A stretch of DNA of 64,000 nt from an uncultured Verrucomicrobiae bacterium (GTDB lineage Bacteria > Verrucomicrobiota > Verrucomicrobiia > Chthoniobacterales > UBA10450): positions 192,001 through 256,000 of the forward strand of contig CAVTMK010000004.1 of NCBI GenBank assembly GCA_963735805.1. The letters run 5' to 3'. Both the position numbers and the translations under genes were made by a program. Numbering within the stretch: the first letter of the stretch is position 1; every line of letters begins with the position of its first letter. The notes under the pieces were generated by a model. The model was not told the origin of the DNA. It worked only from the letters and a program-made list of their open reading frames with translations, and did not search any database. Below, one piece after another: positions 56,979-64,000 of the stretch.

Positions 56979-57851
56979 CTAGTGCGGTAATGTGGGTCGA
57001 GGGTGTGGAGTCGGGCGGGGTCTCGGGGTCACTCTCGGTGTAGCCGTAGGCGTTGAGGTTGGGCTTGGTGTGGTGGTAGGAGTCGGTGTGACCGTCGGAG
57101 TAGGCGTGGCAGTCGGCGTCGGCGTGATGGTTGGGGTTGGCGTTGGGCCTGCCTGAAAGCCGATTTCGATATTGTCGATCCCGAGTATCCAAGTGCCCAG
57201 ACTGGGATAAGCGAATCCAGGCTTGTAAAAGCCAATGCTGGTCAAATCAACGCGATGAAGAAACGGAGACCATTCTGCGTCCGTACCAGGCGTGCCGTCG
57301 CCGTGGGTGAACACCCATCCCTGCGGGATTGTCGGTGAATTGGCATCGACGGGGAACGAATATGTCTGCCAGCCTATGGGTGGCTCAGGAAGGTCAGGTA
57401 ACGTATATGTTGCGTCGTAAGTGACGTTAAAGCCAGTGTCATCCATTTGTAACAACTCGAGCGTGACTGCGCGATCGGTCGCCCAAGTGGCAACTTGAAT
57501 GACGTTCAGGTCGACAATTAGGCTGGTAACACCGAGGGTGGTCCAATCGCCGGTGTAGATACTGTCAATCTTGTATAGATCGGGGAATCCCGGTTGAAAA
57601 CGCGTCGAGATGCTCGCCCATGTCGGGATGGAGCTGCTGAAGCCACCCTGCTGAAGATAAGCTCCTGGATTTCCGCCACTGGTTTCAATTATTCGTGGCA
57701 CGCCCGTACTGCAATGCCATAAACCGACATCGGTCTGATCATCGTAGGTTTCGACAAACGTATTGGTCTCGCCGCCGTTGGCTGCCCCAAGCGTAGCTGC
57801 ACTGATCACGACGAAGAGAAATGTTGCTAGTAATTTTGTCATATTTTTCAT
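56979..57851 (-). CDS. Secreted hypothetical beta-rich protein with PT linker and RP tail
   Basis: Signal peptide; GGNPGAY...GIDNI domain; ends [16 protein letters not shown]. Confidence 0.8.
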   Translation of the reverse strand: MKNMTKLLATFLFVVISAATLGAANGGETNTFVETYDDQTDVGLWHCSTGVPRIIETSGGNPGAYLQQGGFSSSIPTWASISTRFQPGFPDLYKIDSIYTGDWTTLGVTSLIVDLNVIQVATWATDRAVTLELLQMDDTGFNVTYDATYTLPDLPEPPIGWQTYSFPVDANSPTIPQGWVFTHGDGTPGTDAEWSPFLHRVDLTSIGFYKPGFAYPSLGTWILGIDNIEIGFQAGPTPTPTITPTPTATPTPTVTPTPTTTPSPTSTPTATPRVTPRPRPTPHPRPTLPH

Positions 57852-57932
57852 GTTACCTCGCAGGTTTGAGTTTCAAGGCTAAAGCGTTGTCTCAAAAAGT
57901 CGTGTTTTTCAGTGGCCCCACGTCACATTACA

Positions 57933-59981
57933 TTATTGTGGCGGTGTTGGGCGAGGTCGCGGAGTCGGGCGGGGCCTTGGAGTAGTTCTCGGTGTAGCAG
58001 TGGGTGTAGGACTGACTGTTGGGGTTGGGGTAGGACCCTGAGCAGTTGTTCTTAGAATCGCCCCAAAGCCGCCGACTGCGTTTCCGGTGTTTGTCTCAGT
58101 TAATGAAACGTTATAAAGATCCTGATTCGTGCCGCTTTCCTGGGGTGCCCAGGTCTGTCCTCCATCAGTTGTTCTTACGACTGTGCCGAGTTGTCCGACC
58201 GCTGCTCCATTAAGTGGATCGGCGAAAGAGACACCTAGAAGAGTTTCAGACACGCCACTGACCTCGCTAACCCAGTTCTGTCCTCCATCTGTGGTTCGCA
58301 AAATGGTGCCCTGATCACCTACGATTATACCTGTGTTGGTGTCTGCAAACCAAACGGCTCGTAGCTGGTTGTTTGTTCCAGCGTTTTGTGGGACCCAGTT
58401 TTGGCCGCCGTCGGTCGTTCTAAGAATTACACTTTCGCCGGTAACTCCGCCCACGACTGTGCCAGTATTAAGATCGCTAAAGTAAACTCCAAACAATCCG
58501 CTCGTTGTGCCACTGATCTGCGGTACCCAACTTTCTCCGCCGTCCGTGGTTTTGAGAATTGTCCCGTTAAGGAATCCAACAACTGTTCCATTATTTTCAT
58601 CGATAAAATGGACTCCATAAAGCCAATCCGTAGTGTTGCTCGTCTGTTGTTCCCAGTTATTACCACCATCGGTTGTCCTCAGAATGATGCCATCCTGGCC
58701 TACGATGGTTCCAATGTTGGAACTGATGAAGTGCACTCCGAAAAGATTGATCCCGGCAAAGGGATCGCTCACTCCACTGTTTTGCCGGACCCAGGAGTTA
58801 CCACCGTCGGTTGTCCTTAAAATCATGGCGTCGGGATTCTCATAGCCTACAGCAGTTCCGGTGTTCGCATCGGTAAACGAAACACCATACAAGAAATTGA
58901 ATGTCACGCTCGGCTGGCTGTTCCATTGCTCTCCACCATTTGTGGTCTGGAGAATGATGCCCGCGTCGCCAACGATTGTCGCCCTGTTCGGATCGGTGGA
59001 GGACACATCAAAGAAACCGCTTGCGCCTTGAGGGAGCGAGTAATTCGTCTGCTCAACCCAGCTGCTTCCTCCATCCGTTGTTCTGAGAATTATACCAGTG
59101 CCGCTTATTTCGAATCCGGCAATAGTCCCGTTGTTTTGATCGGTAAACGAGACACCGGAAAGAGTTTTAGTTGTTCCGCTAACCTGCGGCGACCAGTTAT
59201 CACCACCGTCGGTCGTCCTGAGAATCAGGCCTCCATCGCCCACCGCAGTCCCAGTATTGGCATCGGTAAACGAAACATCGAACAGACACGTCGTTCCTGG
59301 ACTGGGCTGTGTAACCCAGTGTTGTCCTCCATCAGTTGTTCTAACAACCGTGCTTTCCCCGTTGATCGCGCAATCGCCACCCACTGCGGTTCCTGTATTC
59401 GCATCGATAAAGGAAACACCGAAAAGGAAATTCTCGGTCCCGCTCGATTGAGGAAGCCAGCTGGTTCCGCCGTCTGTCGTCCTCAGAATGGTGCCCGCGT
59501 CACCGACAGCTGTTCCGTTATTCGCGTCGGTAAAGGAAACGCCACGAAGCTGCAGAGTTGTGCCACTTGTCTCCGTGACCCAATGATCACCTCCGTCTGT
59601 TGTTCCAACGATGGTGCCGCCTTCGCCGACAGCGGTTCCATTATTTACATCTGTGAACGAAACGTCCCACAAGGTTTGTGTGGAACCGCTCGCCTGAATT
59701 GTCCAGCTGTTCCCGCCATCTGTGGTCCTGACGATTGTACCCTTCTCGCCTACTACGGTGCCAGTGTTGGTATCCACAAAGGAAGCGCCGCGGAGATTGT
59801 TTCCCTGAGGTAGAGGATTTTGCCAAACCCATTGGGAACTTGGTTCGCCACCTGTGACTTTGCTTGAGTTGGTAAGCGCCGCTCCGCTTTGAGCTTGTCC
59901 GGTGTGGAGGGCGAGCACGAGCCCGCAGACGACTGCAAGGCTCAACACAGTTATAGCGAATCTAGGATTTGTTACTCTCAT
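57933..59981 (-). CDS. Secreted YCF48-like BNR-repeat beta-propeller protein with RP tail
   Basis: WVWQNPLPQGN; about 14 repeats of L.GVSF.D.N.GTAVG..GTILRTTDGG..W; ends [16 protein letters not shown]. Confidence 0.88.
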   Translation of the reverse strand: MRVTNPRFAITVLSLAVVCGLVLALHTGQAQSGAALTNSSKVTGGEPSSQWVWQNPLPQGNNLRGASFVDTNTGTVVGEKGTIVRTTDGGNSWTIQASGSTQTLWDVSFTDVNNGTAVGEGGTIVGTTDGGDHWVTETSGTTLQLRGVSFTDANNGTAVGDAGTILRTTDGGTSWLPQSSGTENFLFGVSFIDANTGTAVGGDCAINGESTVVRTTDGGQHWVTQPSPGTTCLFDVSFTDANTGTAVGDGGLILRTTDGGDNWSPQVSGTTKTLSGVSFTDQNNGTIAGFEISGTGIILRTTDGGSSWVEQTNYSLPQGASGFFDVSSTDPNRATIVGDAGIILQTTNGGEQWNSQPSVTFNFLYGVSFTDANTGTAVGYENPDAMILRTTDGGNSWVRQNSGVSDPFAGINLFGVHFISSNIGTIVGQDGIILRTTDGGNNWEQQTSNTTDWLYGVHFIDENNGTVVGFLNGTILKTTDGGESWVPQISGTTSGLFGVYFSDLNTGTVVGGVTGESVILRTTDGGQNWVPQNAGTNNQLRAVWFADTNTGIIVGDQGTILRTTDGGQNWVSEVSGVSETLLGVSFADPLNGAAVGQLGTVVRTTDGGQTWAPQESGTNQDLYNVSLTETNTGNAVGGFGAILRTTAQGPTPTPTVSPTPTATPRTTPRPRPTPRPRPTPPQ

Positions 59982-60197
59982 AGGTCTATTAGTATTATTT
60001 GTTAGGATTTGTGGTTTAGTTGTTAACTGGCTGACAATTGTAGCTTCTGCGGCGCTATCGATTTAGATGGAAAGACGGCGAGGTTTCATAAGCAACACCC
60101 GGCAGAGATTCGCAAATCCCTGGCCGCAACCGTTTCTTAGATCTCTCAAGAGTGCCCATCGATCCCTCACGCCCTTTGGAGTGTACGAACGCTTGTT

Positions 60198-62168
60198 TTA
60201 GTGCGGCGGCGTAGGGCGCGGTCTCGGCGTGGGGCGCGGCCGAGGAGTTGCTCGAGGCGTGGCGCTAGGGGTTGCGGTGGGTGTTGGCGTTGGAGTTGGC
60301 CCGGATCCTGTTCTTCTAAGGATCGTGCCCATGTCGCCAACGGCGGTACCTACATTAGCATCGGTAAAAGAGACGTCGTACAAAATATTGAAGGTACCAC
60401 TGTCTTGTCCAATCCAGTTGCTTCCTCCATCTGTCGTCCTGACGATTGTGCCTCCTTCACCAACGGCAGTTCCATTATTTGCGTCAGAAAATGAAACGTC
60501 CCAGAGGTGGTCAGTTGTTCCGCTATTTTGAACCACCCAGTGGCTGCCCCCATCGGTGGTTTTGAGGATCGTACCGCTATTCCCAACCACTGTGCCGATG
60601 TTAGCGTTTGGAAACGCGACTCCGTGAAGAGGAACTGTAGTTCCACTTGCTTGCGCACCCCAGCTGCTTCCTCCGTTGGTTGTCCTTAAGATTGTTCCGG
60701 TGAAGCCAACGGCCGTCCCGTTATTAGGATCACTGAACGAAACTCCAAAGAGGAAATTTGTCGTGCCGCTTATTTGCGTGTTCCAATGACTGCCGCCATC
60801 TGTTGTATTGAGGATAGTACCTTCTGCCCCAACGGCCGTTCCTGTGTTTGCATCTGCAAAAGAAACTCCAAACAGCAGATTGGTTGTTCCGCTTACCTGG
60901 CTATTCCACCCATTTCCTCCGTTGGTTGTTCTGAGAATAGTACCGCCTTCACCAACTACAGTTCCCGTGTTCGCATCAGTAAAAACAACCTCGTTAAGTT
61001 GACTGGCTGTTCCGCTCGTTTGGTTAATCCAGCTATTTCCTCCGTCTGTCGTTCTGAGAATCGTTCCAGAAGCCCCAACAGCAGTACCTGTATTTAGATC
61101 GGTGAATGTCACTCCGTAGAGGGTCTGATTTGTACCACGGGTCTGAGTGATCCAGTTAGATCCCCCGTCAGTAGTTGTCAGGATTTCTCCTGCAAAGCCG
61201 ACTATGATACCATTGTTCGCGTCTACAAAAGAGACCCCGTAAAGTATTTGCAAACTTCCGCTTGTCTGACTGATCCAATGATCTCCTCCATCTGTCGTTC
61301 TGAGTATTAAACCGACAGGACCAATAGCCGTCCCGGTATTTGAATCTGTGAAGGAAACGTCGTGAAGATCAGAGGGAATTGGACTGTTTTGACTGAACCA
61401 GTGGTTCCCGCCATCCGTCGTCCTAAGAATGGTGCTGTTGGACCCAACAGTAGTGCCCGTATTGGCATCCGTGAAAGAAACTCCATTAAGGTTATTTAAT
61501 GTGTCGCTTGTTTGACTGACCCAGTTGGTCCCTCCGTTTGTGGTTCTGAGAATTGTACCATTGTCGCCGACTGCAGTGCCATTATCTGTGTCTGTGAAAG
61601 ACACGTCATTAAGAAAACTGGTTGTTCCACTAGCTTGATTTGTCCAGTTTGCGCCAGCGTCTGTGGTTCTTAGGATTAAGCCATCTGAACCTACCGCAGT
61701 ACCGTTGTTCGCGTCCGTAAAGGAAACGCCAAACAGGACGTCGGTATTTCCGTCTCTCTGAATCGTCCAATGATTTCCTGCGTCTGTTGTTCTTAGAATG
61801 GCTCCAAAATTGCCTACAACTGTTCCGATATTGGAATCCGCAAAAGAAACGCCATAAAGATCGTCGTTCGTATCGCTCGAAAGAATATCCCAACTGTTTC
61901 CTCCATCCGTTGTTCTGACGATTGTGCCACGGGCTCCAACTGCAAATCCGTTATTTGTATCTATAAAGGAGAAATCCTGTAACGTGTTACCTTGTGGTAG
62001 CGGGTTTTGCCAGACCCATTGACGACTTGATGAACCAGCTGTGATTTTGGTCGACAGACTCGCTGCGAGGCGGCTTTCAGCGTGTCCGATGTGGATAGGT
62101 AATATCAGGGTGCAAAGACCAGTAAGACTCAAGATAAAACAAGGAATGTTCAGGCGCGTAACTTTCAT
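60198..62168 (-). CDS. Secreted YCF48-like BNR-repeat beta-propeller protein (paralog) with RP tail
   Basis: Start MKVTRLN at 62168 gives a signal peptide; same ~41-aa repeats; ends [16 protein letters not shown]. Confidence 0.88.
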   Translation of the reverse strand: MKVTRLNIPCFILSLTGLCTLILPIHIGHAESRLAASLSTKITAGSSSRQWVWQNPLPQGNTLQDFSFIDTNNGFAVGARGTIVRTTDGGNSWDILSSDTNDDLYGVSFADSNIGTVVGNFGAILRTTDAGNHWTIQRDGNTDVLFGVSFTDANNGTAVGSDGLILRTTDAGANWTNQASGTTSFLNDVSFTDTDNGTAVGDNGTILRTTNGGTNWVSQTSDTLNNLNGVSFTDANTGTTVGSNSTILRTTDGGNHWFSQNSPIPSDLHDVSFTDSNTGTAIGPVGLILRTTDGGDHWISQTSGSLQILYGVSFVDANNGIIVGFAGEILTTTDGGSNWITQTRGTNQTLYGVTFTDLNTGTAVGASGTILRTTDGGNSWINQTSGTASQLNEVVFTDANTGTVVGEGGTILRTTNGGNGWNSQVSGTTNLLFGVSFADANTGTAVGAEGTILNTTDGGSHWNTQISGTTNFLFGVSFSDPNNGTAVGFTGTILRTTNGGSSWGAQASGTTVPLHGVAFPNANIGTVVGNSGTILKTTDGGSHWVVQNSGTTDHLWDVSFSDANNGTAVGEGGTIVRTTDGGSNWIGQDSGTFNILYDVSFTDANVGTAVGDMGTILRRTGSGPTPTPTPTATPSATPRATPRPRPTPRPRPTPPH

Positions 62169-62202
62169 GTTTCTTGCCAGGAATCGGTGACTAGCTTGCG
62201 TA

Positions 62203-63966
62203 TTAGCCTGGTGGCGTAGGGCGAGGCCTTGGTGTTGGAATGCGTCTTGGGGTTGGAGCCGGCCTTGGCGTGACGCTGGGTGTTGCAGTCTGGGTAGGAG
62301 TAGGCGTTGCTGTCGGCGTAGCGGTGGGTGTGGCTGTCGGTGTTGGTGTTGGCGTAGCGCTGGGCGTCGGTGTCGCCGTAGGCATGGGAGTGGGTGTAGG
62401 TGTGCCGACTGGGCAGTGATTAAAAGCCATGTGCGCGCTGAGCGCGCCATTTTGAGCACCAGGTGTCGCGACATTGAGGGTGCCGATGTTGCCATTTATT
62501 GCGGGCCAGGAGTCCATTGAGCCAAATGTGCCGCCGATCGGTGTGGGATCACCGCGCCGCGCGGCAATCAACAAATTGCCGTCAGTCAACCCAAGGACGA
62601 GGCGGTCGCTTGTTCCGTTGCTATCAAGGTTGGCCCAGAACACGACATTCCCTGCCGGGTCGATTGTCTGCATTGGATTACGAGAGAATGCCAGGCCAAG
62701 ACATTGTCCGCCGTCGATAGAATCGAAAAACACGACGACTTTTCGCCAATTTCCAGGAGCTCCGGCGAACCAACCGGAGTTCGTGGTAGCCGGAGTGGGA
62801 TGGTAATCGGCAAAGAATGCAATTTGGCCTGAACTATTAATTGAAGGTGCCTGCATATCCAGATAGGTGCCACCGATAGGCGTAGCATCAGGAACCTTCA
62901 CGTACCATTCATCGACCTGGTTAGTGCGAACGACGATGCCGCGGCTCGTGATGCCGCCGCTCACGATGGCACGGAAGGCAATCTGGTCTGAGTCATTAAT
63001 ATCGGGAACGGGACCAGTGGGAATAGAGGTTCCGTCCTGGAAGCCGAAACTCTCAGTGCCAAGGCCGGTATAAGTTCCGCCCTCCGGCGCGGGATCGCCG
63101 ACGGCGGCAACCTTTGTTACAACGCCATTGTCCCACATGAACAAGTTGCTGTTGATTGTTTCACCAAGCTGCGAGGCTAGGAACACGACCTTCCCGTTGT
63201 TGTTGATGGAGCCCGGACCAACCGCGCCGAATGTGCCTCCGATCGGAGAAGGATCACCAACGGCGGCTATCTTGACAATTTGACCGGAAGCAGCCTGATA
63301 AAGGAACAGTGCTCGTCGTGAATCGCCGCCGTTGACGTCGCAAAAGAAAAGTACGTCGCCCGCGTCATTGATATCCGGAGTGAAGACGGTGCCGAAAAAG
63401 AAGCCACCGAAATGTCCACCTATGGGTGAAGCATCACCGCAACTGGAAGTTGTGTCTCCACTACCGCCCGGGAGGCCGCAGCCAATAGCGATTGCACTGA
63501 TGGTGCCGTCTGCGTCGGCAACGAACACACCCTGGTTGCGGTCTGAGCCATCCACCTGCGAATTAAATGCGACGCGCCCGGATGCGTTAACCGTGGTAGG
63601 ATTGATGAAAGCCACGGGATCCAGCGTCCCGCCATTGGTATTAGGGGCAGGTTGGCCGTGTGCGGCGCGTGATTCGACTCCGCAAATAGTACCCGACGGA
63701 GACCCAGGGCTCGTGACACTGTAAATTTGTTGCGGTGAGGCGGTCTGCGAACGTTCCGCATTATCGTGAACTCTTACGATCGTCCTGATGCCGTTGGCGC
63801 CAGAAAGATTATTGCGTGGCGCCTCGGAATTGGTCTGGAACTTCTTGGTAGTCTGCTGTTGGCCCTGTGCAAGCCGTATCGCACCGATGGCGCTAAACAA
63901 CAGAGCGATGAAAAACACGCCTCGAAAAAGACGTGTTCCGATAATAGTAAGCAGTCGTTTATTCAT
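62203..63966 (-). CDS. Secreted NxxGxxAF-repeat propeller-like protein with PT linker and RP tail
   Basis: Repeats [40 protein letters not shown] with GDPxPxGG; ends [31 protein letters not shown] upstream. Confidence 0.85.
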   Translation of the reverse strand: MNKRLLTIIGTRLFRGVFFIALLFSAIGAIRLAQGQQQTTKKFQTNSEAPRNNLSGANGIRTIVRVHDNAERSQTASPQQIYSVTSPGSPSGTICGVESRAAHGQPAPNTNGGTLDPVAFINPTTVNASGRVAFNSQVDGSDRNQGVFVADADGTISAIAIGCGLPGGSGDTTSSCGDASPIGGHFGGFFFGTVFTPDINDAGDVLFFCDVNGGDSRRALFLYQAASGQIVKIAAVGDPSPIGGTFGAVGPGSINNNGKVVFLASQLGETINSNLFMWDNGVVTKVAAVGDPAPEGGTYTGLGTESFGFQDGTSIPTGPVPDINDSDQIAFRAIVSGGITSRGIVVRTNQVDEWYVKVPDATPIGGTYLDMQAPSINSSGQIAFFADYHPTPATTNSGWFAGAPGNWRKVVVFFDSIDGGQCLGLAFSRNPMQTIDPAGNVVFWANLDSNGTSDRLVLGLTDGNLLIAARRGDPTPIGGTFGSMDSWPAINGNIGTLNVATPGAQNGALSAHMAFNHCPVGTPTPTPMPTATPTPSATPTPTPTATPTATPTATPTPTQTATPSVTPRPAPTPRRIPTPRPRPTPPG

Positions 63967-64000
63967 TTTTAGTTATCCTCCTTATATTTTGAGGCGGCGC

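Noticed and set aside
57933..62168. Photosynthesis function from the YCF48-like similarity
   Set aside because: These are generic BNR propellers and no photosystem genes are present.
62169..62495. N-terminal extension of ORF 60198..62495
   Set aside because: It overlaps the PT-tail of the upstream gene in another frame; ATG 62168 gives a proper signal peptide.
54620..63966. Diversity-generating retroelement or invertible shufflon acting on the shared tails
   Set aside because: No reverse transcriptase or recombinase, no adenine-specific TR/VR pair, and all genes lie in one orientation.
37881..64000. Genomic island bounded by a tRNA-Arg att duplicate
   Set aside because: I found no second copy of the tRNA 3' end by eye, no integrase, and downstream genes look chromosomal.

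Overview
Chromosomal window from a soil-type Verrucomicrobiota bacterium, most consistent with Chthoniobacterales / Ca. Udaeobacter. This is inferred from a VPDSG-CTERM protein, expanded secreted S74 'tail-fibre' paralogs and FG-GAP-tailed proteins; it is not proven. Core and metabolic genes include hsp20-lon, resB-like, pdxH, a macro-domain protein, cysteine desulfurase, hisC-mnmE-pyrD, ggt, tRNA-Arg(TCT), ada, a class A beta-lactamase, prpD-prpB-prpC, a fused CoA-transferase and otsB/otsA. Many secreted-protein genes are interleaved with them. The most striking signal is at 54.6-64 kb: five tandem, same-strand secreted proteins with four unrelated cargo types, plus an internally deleted sixth gene. 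All six end in a Pro/Thr linker and a conserved non-hydrophobic Arg/Pro tail (T-P-R-P-R-P-T-P-[HR]-P-R-P-T-P-P-like), a candidate undescribed C-terminal sorting or anchoring signal. Other notable observations: an identical 19-bp box at identical spacing upstream of ada and a DUF1203 gene; twin divergent ECF-type promoters; a sigma54 promoter with two CGT-N11-ACG boxes before the VPDSG-CTERM gene; a tandem SufT-N-like domain inserted in a membrane patatin; a candidate sRNA; REP-like palindromes, some inside coding sequence; and a truncated rtcB. No CRISPR array, rRNA, transposase or integrase was seen. All family calls come from motif recognition by eye, without database searches.
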